Assembly (NCBI RefSeq): GCF_006345805.1
Contig: NC_043003.1
Location: 78,740,001-78,804,000 of the forward strand
Source: Octopus sinensis
Taxonomy: Eukaryota
Reading direction: 5' to 3'
DNA length: 64,000 bases
The first letter of the stretch is position 1. Each line of letters starts with the position of its first letter. Position numbers and translations under genes: made by a program. The notes beneath the pieces are model-generated. The model searched no databases. It had not been told where the DNA came from and saw nothing but the letters and a program-made list of their open reading frames with translations. Shown here in pieces: positions 23,571 to 37,130 of the stretch.

Positions 23571-24499
23571 CCTAGATTTCAAATCGTACTGATCTCTTGT
23601 TGTTGTTGTTGTTGTTGTTTAACCCCAGTTCAGTCCTAACTGAGCAGACCTATGACGAAAAGCCTTTCACACAAGATTCTTTTTTTTTTTTTTCCTCAAC
23701 TGTCTCTCTATTTTCTTCGAGATGGTAGAATGTGATTTGAAGGAGATTTGGCTGCAGTTTTAGCAATCAAAGGAATTTGAGACAATAAGCTGATGGAACA
23801 AATGCCATTCAGCATTTAGTAATGCCTTGTATTTAGTAACGTGTGAGTTCAAATACCGCCTGAATCTAATTTTCCAACTATTTGCCCAAGGTCATTCCAA
23901 TTCACTATCAGTAATATACAAGTTGCTGTTGCTGTGATCCAACAGACTATGAACAAAGATGTTCCAGCCTTGACCAGGCAGTATTTTATTCAGATACAAT
24001 GTACCTGGGGCAGTGATCTTGAAGATATCTACGTCAATAGTGACACACCACAGTTTATTAGATGACACGTGATAGACTTTGAAGAAAAAAAAATCTTCCA
24101 ATAATCTCATGGTAGAAAAACCTTATCAGTAAGTATTTACCTAAAAACTTAAATACATGTATACAATTAGTGGTTGACATTTTGATGGCAAGAAGCTGAA
24201 ATTTCGACATACCGGGCTTTCAGTTGTCACTAATCTTTCTGTCGTCTAATACATACTTCCTTTTTAAGAGTGTAGGATGTAGTTTGAGGGAGATTTGGTC
24301 TCTATTTCTAGCCTGTTGAGTTGCTATGTATAGGACTCCTGTGAAAAATATACATTAAATATTGTGACGTTTCAAGTTTGGAAAGGACTCGTGTAATAGG
24401 TTTATCGCCTTATTAAATTGTTTTTAATTGCAATGGACTTTTTAGTCCATAAAGTGTAAAAATTGTAAGAGGATTAATACCTCATTCAGTATTTTTTTT

Positions 24500-24680
24500 T
24501 TTAAAAAAGAACAATGTTTTAGAGAAGCAAAAGTTGGCGGGCGCTTTTCGTCTTCTCCCATCCTTATCATCCTTGTATCATTATCATTCACCACATTAAT
24601 GTCCGTGTCCAGCCCGCAAGCTACCTTACTCTATGTACTACCTTTATGGCAAATTTAATAAAATAAAGTAGCTTGTAACT
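24500..24680 (-). mobile_element. Interspersed repeat related to 31100-31390 (probable hAT derivative)
   Basis: Shares AGAGAAGCA..GTTGGCGGGCGCTTT...CCAGCCCGCAAGCTACC...GGCAAATTT.ATAAAATAAAGTAG with the 31.1-kb copy. Confidence 0.5.
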
Positions 24681-24779
24681 AAATTGATTTCATTATAATT
24701 AATTAGAAGTTCGAATCCCGCCAGCAATATTATTTACATTCAATGTTAAAAATAGTCATAATTAATACACTACGTTCGA

Positions 24780-25080
24780 AAAGAAGATGGGATTACCATA
24801 GTTGGAAGGCGTTTGATTATAAGTATACCCTGAGGTGAATAAGCAACAAAGAAAACCACAGTATTTAGGTGAGTTATAAGATTTTCTTGAAATTATTTAG
24901 TCAGTAACTTTTGAAATTGCTTCTGAGCCCATCATTGCGATACAAGCCGTATTTCTTGTTACTGAATTGTGGATGTAATACGCGTAATATGTAGATTACT
25001 TTATCTTGCAAAACTAAGCTGACTCTGTTCCCTATTCGCAAATTTCTTTCGCAAATTCTTTTCTTCAAACGCATATCAAG
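24780..25080 (-). pseudogene. Penelope-like reverse transcriptase remnant
   Basis: Minus strand VIYILRVLHPQFSNKKYGLYRNDGL resembles the PLE RT catalytic motif GLYRDDGL (24925-24948). Heavily decayed. Confidence 0.45.
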
Positions 25081-25769
25081 TGTTCAGAATTATGGGGTAC
25101 AAACAACCTCATAGGTGCTGGTGATGCGATAAAATACACCCAGTACACGTTGTAGAATGGTTAATAAAAGAGAGGGGGCGTGGAGCCGAGAGGAGCTCTT
25201 AGTTTTGTTCTTGGGAGGGCAGTCTCTCTAGAGCCAGCGCTACGGTCAAATTCACCGACTCTACTACGTAAACTAGTCGGTATCCATCGATTGAGACCAA
25301 ACTAAAATAGAATGTACTAGCATGGCGGAGTTCCTAACATTTAAAAAGGCAGCTATTCCGAATAAAGGATGCGCCGCATGATAATACGTCCAGCTCATAC
25401 CAGCATGAAAAACCGCATGGAAAGGAATTCGATTTTGATATGAAACTAGGAAAACTAGTTAATTGCTAGAATCAGCTTATTCAATGGACAACCTTTTTTC
25501 AATATCGTAAGGTCCGTGGGAAAATTCACGTTCATACAAGGAATTTTGGTATAAAAATGATGGGAATAGATGTGTTGGGAACAAAGAAATTGTGAGCGAG
25601 AGGTCTAACCTGACAATAAAGCCGATATCTCTAATAAATACATTTACACCCTTTCCATTTATTCCATATAGCTATTAAAAGTTACCACTATTCTGCTGTC
25701 TATTTTTTTAATGAAAAGGTTTCATATATATATACATAGATACATATGTATGTATATATACCTATTTGT

Positions 25770-25795
25770 GTGTATATATACCTATTTGTGTATAT

Positions 25796-25838
<43 letters not shown>

Positions 25839-25839
25839 G

Positions 25840-25870
<31 letters not shown>

Positions 25871-25873
25871 ATA

Positions 25874-25913
<40 letters not shown>

Positions 25914-25960
25914 TATATATATGTATATATATATGTATATGTGTATGTATATGTATATGT

Positions 25961-26022
<62 letters not shown>

Positions 26023-26025
26023 ATA

Positions 26026-26060
<35 letters not shown>
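25770..26060. repeat. (TA)n/(TATATG)n microsatellite
   Basis: Direct reading. Confidence 0.97.
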
Positions 26061-26061
<1 letters not shown>

Positions 26062-27120
26062 TCTTGACTTAACATTCATTCGCGTACAGGCGTACAGAAA
26101 GACAGAGTTAGAGGGTGAACATAGAAATTTATCTGAAATAACTAATCGAATGTTTGCTTTGGTTATGTTTGCCGACGGAACTAGAAGAGACTGTTCACAC
26201 ACGCAAACTTTTCCCATCCTTTTCCCATTGCGGCTTTATTGACGCGACTCCTTTGCAATACACACACGAATCACCTAACATGGAAGATTCTACGTCACAT
26301 ACATGGTGAGATCCGACTGGCTTACCTCTAAGTATGTGTTTTAAAACTAGAGTATTTGGCCGTTATGTTACAGTATAATATTTATACAACATAGTCTGTT
26401 GGTTTGCAGGGAAAAGCAACCAAATATCTCTCAAGTCTCTGCACACCGATTTAAAACCATTATATACTCATAGATATCTCCTATTTGTCGGGGTGGTCAA
26501 TGCTGCAATTAGTTCAATCATGGGTCTTATTACGGCTTTTCTAGGTCTATCCATGTGTCATCTCCCAGGAAACTATTTCATCGTCGTCTATGTACACTCC
26601 ACAAATATAAATGCACGTGTATATATATCTATGTATGTTTATGTGTGTCTGCGCGTGCGTCTGTATGTGTATATATACACACATTCATTCACATATGAAT
26701 ATATAAATGTATGTATGTATATATATTTCTTTACTACCCACGCATTTCGCCCGGCGTGCTAACGTTTCTGCCAGCTCGCCGTATGTATGTATATATACAT
26801 GTGTGTGTATGTATATATGTATGTATAGAACAAATAGTGAGGGATACAAAATACTTCCTAAGCTCCCTGTTGGCACACCAGGCTAACAACATTGCTTAGA
26901 TTAGTGAAGAACTCCAGGTAATCTTTTGGTAGGGTTCCAAATTATAGTTCATCACAATTCTATATTGTAAATCCGTGAATGGGCTCCAGATAAACTGGTT
27001 TTTACAAAGTGATATATAAGAGACAAGTTAAAATAAATAATGGTTATTACATATAATTTCTTTATTATAGCAAAATAAAGGAGTAATATGTAATGACCAT
27101 TATTTTAACTTGTCTCTTTC

Positions 27121-27205
<85 letters not shown>

Positions 27206-27585
27206 TTTTATTAAACTTTTAATACTTTTGATATTTATAAAAGAAAATAAATAAATAAATAAATGAATAAATAAATAAATTAATTAATTAATTAATTAAT
27301 TAATTAATAAATAAAATAATATATAAATATAAAAATATACATACATACATATATATATATATATATTTGTATATATATATAAAATTTATAAGTTTAAATT
27401 ATTTAAATATTTTAAACTTTTATATTTTTAAATTAATTTTAGGTATTGGCTTATGTTTTTCACTGTTTGATTTGCCTAATAGTGGTTTTATCTCTAATTT
27501 AATATAATATAATATAATATATTTATACTATAAAATTGAATTTAATCCTAAATCTAATTTTTCCCTGTAAGTTTGGATTTATTCC

Positions 27586-27673
<88 letters not shown>

Positions 27674-29074
27674 GCAGAATTCACACAAAAAAAAGACAAA
27701 GACAGGTGGTGTAGACAACAAACAAATGTCTTAGTATAACGTTCGGGAAGTGAATGAATATATATATAAGTTATAGTTCGTCACAATTCTATTTTGTAAA
27801 TCCGCGAATGGGCTCCAGATAAGCTGATTTATATATATATATATATAGTTGGCTATGGTTTATGCACTTGTGTCCATGTTTATATATATATGTGTGTGTG
27901 TGTATGGGGGTATTTTTATGTGTATGCATATATATGTATATATTTGCATGTAGGTATGTATGCATGTGTATACTTGTATGTATTTGTGTTTGCTCATGAA
28001 TGTATTTTATATTTATGTCTATATGTGTACATGCTTGTATATGTAAGTGTGTATGTCTGAATACTTGTATGTCTATGTGTCCATATTTTTGTGTAGGGAT
28101 ACATTAACACGCACGCATATACATATATATATATATACTGGATCTCATCTATGAACTACATACAAATTTGCATGCATACATACATGCAAGTATATGAATG
28201 AGAAGATGTACATAAAGCAAAACATACAAATCTGCACATATACATCCTGTTGTTGATGTTGTAATTCCAATGAAGGAGTCTTGGATTTATGTTAGAGACT
28301 GGCTTTTTTCTCTATTGGCAAGAGATCTTGAAATAAAACTGAATAATCACATGCATACATGCATACATACATACATACATACATGCATACATACATTCAT
28401 GCATGCACGCATCCCTCCATCCATCTATACATACATACATACATACATACATACATACATACATACATACGTACATACATATGTACATACATACGTACAT
28501 ACAAGCATACATATATATACATAATCTTAAAATAAAAACCACAAGTCTTGTTAAATACAGCTACAGAGTTTTTTGGTCGAAACATTGATTTATTTCGCCA
28601 TTTTTCAAGTTGAGGACAAGATCGTTTGTCAGTTGCCTGTTGATGCAACTTGAACGCGGACTGTAAAGTCCCAAAACATATACTGCAAAGCATTCGTCTG
28701 ACGCTCTAACGCAGCTTTATATGGAAAATATGATTTATTAAGGTTGCTATCTGTTTAGTCGTCTGTATGCTTTGTATTACGGCACGTTGTTATCAATATA
28801 AACAGTTGAAGGTTTACATAACAACTTTGTTTCTAGGATATTCGATATTCCCTAGTAACTGATCACACGTGACACCACTCAGAATGCGGGGTTGAAAGAG
28901 AAGAACACTGAACGATAAGATTTATTAGAGTGGACAGCAACTTTCCACAAATCTGCAGGAAAAATATTTCATTAGAGTGGCAAGATCTGTCCAGGAATGT
29001 GGTGCGATTTCAATTTTCAATAAAACTGAAATCATTTATCAAGAAATTATAAAGCTGAAAATAAATTCGTCATT

Positions 29075-29495
29075 CTTTTACTCTTTACTCTCTTTTACTC
29101 TTTTACTTGTTTCAGTCATTTGACTGCGGTCATGCTGGAGCACCGCCTTAAGTCGAGCAAATCGACCCCGGGACTTATTCTTTGTAAGCCCAGTACTTAT
29201 TCTATCGGTCTCTTTTGCCGAACCGCTAGGTGACGGGGACGTAAACACACCAACATCGGTTGTCAAGCAATACTAGAGGAACAAACACAGGCACACAAAC
29301 ATACACACACACATACATATATATATATACATATATACGACAGGCTTCTTTCAGTTTCCGTCTCCCAAATCCACTCACAAGGCATTGGTCGGCCCGAGGC
29401 TATAGCAGAAGACACTTGCCCAAGATGCCACGCTGTGGGACTGAACCCGGAACCATGTGGCTGGTAAGCAAGCTACTTACCCCACAGCCACTCCT
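29075..29495 (-). mobile_element. SINE family S2, full length
   Basis: All modules present and well preserved. Confidence 0.92.
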
Positions 29496-30538
29496 GCGCC
29501 TATTTTGTTTTTTTTTCCTCTTAAGCATTTATTCTAGAGCACATTTCAGATGGTTTAGTGACCATTCGTTATCAGGTGAAGATATACGTAGACGTGATCG
29601 GTCTAGGATTGTTCTCACAAAGCTTCGTGTCATGCTGGGTTCCAACAACCTTAACCACTACGAACCGCTTTAGTGGTACTCATTGACAAGCCATTATTGA
29701 AATATACCACAATCGTACACACGTATGCACGCACACACACTCATATAATCACACATACACACACATACGCGTACACACTGACACACACATATACACATTC
29801 ATACGCGCACTAATACGCATACACATATACATTCACACATACTCATAAACAAACACTCATACACATACACCTATACACGTACACAGACTCATACACAGAC
29901 TCATACACTCAGACACTCATACATACATTCACACATGCGTGCGCTCTCATACACACTCATAAACACATACACACACATACACACTCATAGACACTCCTGA
30001 ACACTCACAAACACACGCCTTCTTCCGTTCTCTCTCTCTCCTCTCTTTCCTTCTCGCTCTCTCTCTCTCGCTCTCTCTCTGTCCCTTTCTCTCTGTCTAT
30101 ATCTCTCCTCTCTTTCTCTCTTCTTTCACCTGAGACTTGATAACGAATAGGGACTATTCGAAACGCAAGGTTTACAGAAAAAAAAGGCAAAATAAAACGA
30201 CTTCGAAATATTTTTTTTCATTAAACAACTACCCTACTTAACTCAATATATAATACACATTTGCTGTAGTGAACTCATCTCTACACGCTTTCATCAATAG
30301 AACAAGGTATTCTGTATATGCCGATGTGTCTTAGTTCTTTGGACAGTAAATTTCCTGTATTATTACTTATTTTATTTAAATTTCAGCTGAATAACAAGGA
30401 AAAACAATCCACACTTAGTGTTCAAAAACCCATACGTAGTAGTCATAGATGAGCAATAGAAAGTTCTTTCTCCTTTAAGAAATTCTTTTTAGCCCTTCTC
30501 TCAGTTTAACAACGCAAATAAGTACTTTTATCGGGAAA

Positions 30539-30922
30539 CTAGCAGTATCGCCCGGCGTTGCTCGGGTTTGTAAGGGAAATAACTATAAAGCATTTTTAGA
30601 GAGTTATAGCCAAAAAATAGCAAAAAAATGGGAAAAAATGATGGTAAATTTTATTTTGATAGTTAAAAAGGTCGAGTTGCGTCCCCTAGACCATCTGTGG
30701 TTTGTGTTTCTGATTGTCGACCCCATGTCGAATTTATCGATCTTTTTCAGAACTGGGGGAACTTTTCAAAATTTTCGCTGCGTTAGTTTTGAATTATGAC
30801 ATTGGGCTATGTGTGTGTCAAGTTTCATCAGAATCGGTTGAAAGCCGCGCTCAGGGTGAGGGTACAACCTAACAGACACACAGACACGCACACAGACAAA
30901 CTGCCGTTTATATAGAGAGAGA
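30539..30922 (-). mobile_element. Non-autonomous Helitron-like element (internal type C)
   Basis: Minus strand A|TCTCTCTCTATATAAACGGCAG...CGAGCAACGCCGGGCGATACTGCTAG|T. Interior homologous to 43026-43399. Confidence 0.85.
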
Positions 30923-31099
30923 TAACGAGCAAACCTCTTTCGTATCTTAAAGTAGTGTTTTTGGGACCCCGACCGGAATCCGGGGCAGTACCTATGGGCA
31001 GCCCACAGCCTGGTCGGGAGCGAAAAAGAATACGCTTAGCACCTAAATATGTAAATGTGCATTAATATTGTTGTTATTTCTGTAAGAGGTTTATTACCT

Positions 31100-31390
31100 C
31101 AAGATGTGCTTTTTTAAAAGAATACTGTTATAGAGAAGCAGAGGGTCGGCGGGCGCTTTCTGTCTTCCCCATTTTTATCATCTTCTATTATCATTCGCCT
31201 CATCAATATCTTCTCCAGCCCGCAAAGCTACCCATCTTTGTACTGCCTCTACGGCAAATTTGATAAAATAAAGTAGTGTTTCATTATTAGCACCCATCTC
31301 TTTATAAAGCTCTTCGAATATGCAACTGCGTAAAACTTTGGACTCGAAGTTAACAATTTGAATTTCTTCTTCTAATATTAGCCTTAAGAC
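31100..31390 (-). pseudogene. hAT (Charlie/Buster-like) transposase remnant
   Basis: EEIQIVNFESKVLRSCIFEELYKEMGANNETLLYF resembles Buster-type IVNFIK...LNSR.F..LC.EMG.....LL.H. Confidence 0.55.
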
Positions 31391-31401
31391 GATACTCTCT
31401 C

Positions 31402-31812
31402 TCTCTTTTACTCTCTTACTTGTTTCAGTCATTTGACTGCGGCCATGCTGGAGCACCGCCTTTAGTCGAGCAAATCGACCCCGGGACTTATTCTTTGTAA
31501 CCCCAGTACTTATTCTATCGTTCTCTATTGCCGAACCGCTAAATGACAGGGACATAAACACACCAGCAATGCTAGTGTCAAGCAATGCTAGGGGGACAAA
31601 CACAGACGCACAAACACACACACATACACATATATATATATATATACATATATACGACAGGCTTCTTTCAGTTTCCGTCTACCAAATCCACTCACAAGGC
31701 ATTGGTCGGCCCGGGGCTATAACAGAAGACACTTGCCCAAGATGCCACGCAATGGGACTGAACCCAGAACCATGTGGTTGGTTAGCAAGCTACTTACCAC
31801 ACAGCCACTCCT
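31402..31812 (-). mobile_element. SINE family S2, full length
   Basis: All modules present. Confidence 0.92.
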
Positions 31813-31861
31813 GCGTTAGATTACTTACTGCTAAATATTTGTTTTTGTTTTTGTTTCAAAC

Positions 31862-32061
31862 GGTGGCACAACGCCAGTAATTTTATGGGGGAGGCTGCTA
31901 GTCGGTTACATCGATTCCAGTGCTAAACTGGTTCTTATTTTATCGACTGCGAAAAGATGAAAGACGAAGTCGATCTCGGTGGTATTTGAACGTAAAGAGT
32001 CAGAAGAATATCCGCTATGCGTTCAACTGACATGCTAACGATTCTGCTAGTTTGGCGCCTT
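31862..32061 (-). mobile_element. SINE family S1, diverged
   Basis: Head and central domain recognisable. Confidence 0.7.
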
Positions 32062-32331
32062 ACTTGCTGTTAAAGAATAACAATACATACACTGCGCAAC
32101 ATCAGTAGAAAAATCTTCTGCTTGCTGAAACCGAGAAATCCTTTATTTTGATCAATCACACTTGGAGCGCCTCCAGTTAGGCTTTGACTTCTCAAAAAAC
32201 TCATCCAATATATATATATATATATATATGCAAAAAATGGTGGAATATAATTAATTTAATAAAATTAATAAATTTCACCTAGTAGATTTATCGGTATGGA
32301 AAAGACCATATTTGGTAAGGGTTATAATAAT

Positions 32332-32576
32332 TATAATTAAGGGTTAATTGCAACAAGTCGCTCAAAACCACATACCGAAAATATTAGAAATAGCAGCCAA
32401 AATTGATCACTATTTCCTCTACTAATAAAAAGTCTCCACGAACAAACAGAATTTGTAACCTGTAAATGGTTACAAATGGTTACAGATTTTATTAGTAGAG
32501 GAAATAGTGATCAATTTTGGCTGCTATTTCTAATATGTGGTTTTGAGCAACTTGTTGCAATTAACCCTTAATTATA
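32332..32576. repeat. Long inverted repeat (fold-back)
   Basis: Arms 32332-32430 and 32487-32576, with a 49-bp perfect core plus ~40 bp carrying one mismatch and one 9-bp indel. Confidence 0.95.
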
Positions 32577-32599
32577 TATATATATATATATTATATATA

Positions 32600-33305
32600 T
32601 ATATATATAGCGGCGTACGTACACTTTGTTCTCTTATATATGTAAGTACACATTTCACTAAACTTTGTACGACTTCAACACTCTCTCTCCCGCCTCTCTC
32701 ACATTCTTTGCCTTTCTTACTTTACACTTCACTATGTCCCTATCTTTCTCTTTTTTCTCGCCAATCCTTGATTCTTCGGTCTACACGCTCTCTCTCTTTC
32801 TTCTCCTCTTCTTAATTCATTTGTTCCTCTATTACTCTGTCTTCTCTTCTCACGTGACCGCCGGTCGGCTATTAGCCCTTTTGCGTCGGACCACGGTCAC
32901 GGTCACATCGTCTTTTTCGTCTGCCGTAGGGCTTAATTCACAACACTGAATTCAATTCGTCTCCAGTCGAAAGGCGCCTGTTGTTATGTCCTGTTATTAT
33001 TATTATTATTGTTGTTTTGTATTTATATTCGTATCATTTTTTTGTTTTTTTTTATTATTATTTTTGTATTTATATTCGTGTAACATCGTCCGTTTTTCAG
33101 TCCTTGTCTCGTATACATTCGATCTTTTTTCCAAGTAATCTCTTAGCTTAGTTTTTCCTTGGGGCTTGGAGCAATCTCAAGATTAATCAGCCGAAATTGC
33201 GAGGATGATCCGGTTCTTGACTGAAGATTGAAGTCTCCGAATGACCCATCCGTGTTTTTTGTATCGTCTATTTGGATTTTTGCGTTCTTGTCCCATTTTG
33301 TATTA
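32600..33305 (+). mobile_element. Interspersed repeat family H2 (possible Penelope-like 3' end)
   Basis: Homologous to 36460-37130 (-) and 12680-12775 (-). All abut (TA)n. The class is inferred only. Confidence 0.45.
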
Positions 33306-33333
33306 TATATATGTATATATATATATATATATA

Positions 33334-33364
<31 letters not shown>

Positions 33365-33619
33365 ATGTTATTGACTCATAATAACATATCTTATTTTATA
33401 TTGCCTTCATGAACATATCTAATAAAACTAATTCATATTCAACAAAATGAAATAGCTGTGATCCAGTAAACTGAATTGAAAACTTAAGAAATGAATTAGG
33501 TTAAACTTCTTAAATTCGTTGTTTGGGTATATCGTCAACACCATTATTGGTGTCCCTTCTTCAAATTGTTTCGTTCTAAAATTAAATAAACTTTACTTTT
33601 TGCGCGGTTCTCTTTGTAG

Positions 33620-33720
33620 AAGAACGCGAACTCGTGAACGGCTTGATCATGTGTGCAGTCAAGTTACTGTCCAGTCAGAAGGCAGACATCGATATGAAAG
33701 ATGGTTCTGGAAGGCTCTAG
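33620..33720 (+). other. Candidate exon with ankyrin-repeat-like translation
   Basis: Pyrimidine tract plus TTGTAG acceptor. One frame reads ERELVNGLIMCAVKLLSSQKADIDMKDGSGRL*. No good donor was found before the stop. Confidence 0.25.
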
Positions 33721-33746
33721 AATATTTCCCTACAAGGCCTATAGAT

Positions 33747-34080
33747 AGAGTCCTTTTTGGCGCCAATCGGTGTTGAATTGTTTCGTCTCCGTAACTTAGC
33801 GGTTCGGCAAAATAAATAGATAGAATAAGTGCCAGACTTACAAAACAAGAAATAAGTACTGGGAGTTGATTTATTCGACTAAACTATTCAAGGCAGTGCC
33901 CCAGCATGGCCACAGAGTTCTTTTTGGCGCCAATCGGTGTTGAATTGTTTCGTCTCCATAACTTAGCGGTTCGGCAAAATAAAAAGATAGAGTAAGTGCC
34001 AAACTTACAAAACAAGAAATAAGTACTGGGAGTTGATTTATTCGACTAAACTATTCAAGGCAGTGCCCCAGCATGGACAC
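33747..34080 (+). repeat. Tandem duplication (2 x 167 bp) of an S2 SINE 3' half plus flank
   Basis: Units 33747-33913 and 33914-34080 are nearly identical. Confidence 0.95.
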
Positions 34081-34532
34081 AGTCCATTGGCTGAAGTAAA
34101 TAAAGTATCAAGAGATTGCTTTTATGAGAAATCAGAAAAAGTAACGGCCAATGGAGGGTAATTCGAACTCACGATAACGGTCATGGGATTCGAAATAAAA
34201 TTAAAAACAAACAAAAAAAAGACAAACCGCTAGCAAGATCAGAGTTCAATGTTCCTGTGCAGCCAGATCACCAGCAGGACACATATACATTTAAAACATG
34301 TCTGACCCCAATGTTGGCCTTGGCAAATAAGAAAACATAAATTGAGTGTGATTCCAGCATTGTTGCTATTGGTCTGAAATTTTCTCTTTTCTCCGTTACT
34401 CTCTCTTTCTATGCTTAATTTAGAATGAAGATAAACTTGAATATATAGCTTATTTATAATAATATACGCGAAATTCTGTCTGTCTGGGACCACTGTATCT
34501 CGATCTACATTTGCTCTGCATAGACATATACC

Positions 34533-34765
34533 TATTTCTTTACTACCCACATGGGGGCTAAACACAGAGAGGATAAACAAAGACAGACACACGGATTAAG
34601 TCGATTATATCGACCCCAGTGCGTAACAGGTATTTATTTAATCGACCCCGAAAGGATGAAAGGCAAAGTCGACCTCGGCGGAATTTGAACTCAGAACGTA
34701 GCGGCAGACGAAATACCACTAAGAATTTCACCTGGCGTGCGAATGATTCTGCCAGCTCGTCGCCT
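34533..34765 (-). mobile_element. SINE family S1, full length
   Basis: 16-bp TSD TGCATAGACATATACC (34517-34532 and 34766-34781). Confidence 0.93.
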
Positions 34766-34890
34766 TGCATAGACATATACCATTTTGGAATCAGGATGAT
34801 CTCACAACTAAAAATCTGCCCTTCATTTGGTTCTTGAACATCCAAGATTGGGATCTGATTTAAAAGCATTTGGATTGATATTTCTTGCAG

Positions 34891-35030
34891 GTAAAGCTTG
34901 GCTGATTCATGCTATCTTGGTTGGCGTTTGTCAGATGACATCAGAGGTCAAGGAAGAGATAAATGACGTTCGCCTCGTTGATTTCACGATAAGAACTTTG
35001 AGACAAATTGACCAACAGTTGGAATTGTAA
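34891..35030 (+). other. Candidate exon (unidentified)
   Basis: TTTCTTGCAG| acceptor, then an open frame GKAWLIHAILVGVCQMTSEVKEEINDVRLVDFTIRTLRQIDQQLEL*. Confidence 0.25.
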
Positions 35031-35279
35031 TTGGGACAGGAACAATAGAATGCTTGCATTACAGAATTAATTCTTATCCGTCCTCAACCTCTGATCAAAC
35101 ACCACCGGGGCATATAGTCATTATAGACATATTATCGTCATGCTATTAAGCTCTCTTTAGTTTTGGGCTGCAAGCCCGATTAGACCTCCGCAGGAACTAA
35201 CTGAAAAATCCGCACGGAGTGCAGCTTTTAAGCTAGCAAATAATAAAATCGTTTGTATGTTATGCCTTATCATTTATAT

Positions 35280-35610
35280 CTTATTGGTTTTAGTCATCGT
35301 ACTGCAGTATTTAGGCATTTAAAAAAAAATTAGCACTCATTCTATCGATTTCTTTTGCCGAACCGCTAGATTACGAGGACATGCATAAAAAAAAAACTGG
35401 TTGTCAAATAGTTGGGCTGAGTGGTGACGATCAAAGACACAGACATACACACACGACGCGATTCAACAAATTTTCCTTCAACAAAATTTCAGTCTAATTT
35501 ACTTACAAAGAATTAGTCGGTCCGGGACTGTAGTAGAAGAACTCTTACTCAAAGTGATGGACTGAACCCGAAACAACATGGTTGCACGGCGAACTTCTTA
35601 ACCACACAGC
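35280..35610 (-). mobile_element. SINE family S2, strongly diverged
   Basis: Degenerate modules in the S2 order. Confidence 0.65.
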
Positions 35611-36337
35611 CATAGCTGTGCTTATGTCAGGTCATGGCGATGAAGAACAATAACGTAGAAATATGATTTCTTATTTTGGCAGAACAACAGAGATTTTAAT
35701 GGAAGGAGTGTGGTCTTTTAATCTTGCTTACTACTTGTCCTTCAGTTATTTTATCGATCTAAGAACAGTAGCAGCCAGAGTGCACCTCTTTGACAACTGA
35801 ATTCGGAATGTAAAGAGAGGACAAAATCACTCATAAATATTTAGTTCCATAATTCTCCCATATTTTCTGCCATAAATGCTGGCAATACGACTTTCTACTC
35901 CAACCATATTTGTTGAAAGAGCACAGGGTTCATAATACAGGGTAGTGGAAACAGGGTACAGGGTAGAGTCGATTAAATCAACTCTGAATACGTTATTCTT
36001 TATAACTCATCTTTTACTTGTTCCAATCATCGGACTGCGGCCATGCTGATGCGCCGTCTTGAAGATTTAGTCAACAAAGCTAACCCTCTACTTATTCTAT
36101 GGGGCTCTTTCTACCGAACCACTAAGTTACGGGATATTAAACTCACCAACACCAGTTGCGAAGCAGTAGTGTAATCAAACACACACAAACACACACACAT
36201 ACACACACACACGCACACACACACACACACATGCACACACACATTGTTGAAAGCAGCTTGATTCGGATTCCGTGCTACTTTCAAACCCTTAACGAGACTT
36301 TTACTTAGAGTGAAAAGCCCCGTTAGGGGCTTGAGAC

Positions 36338-37130
<793 letters not shown>

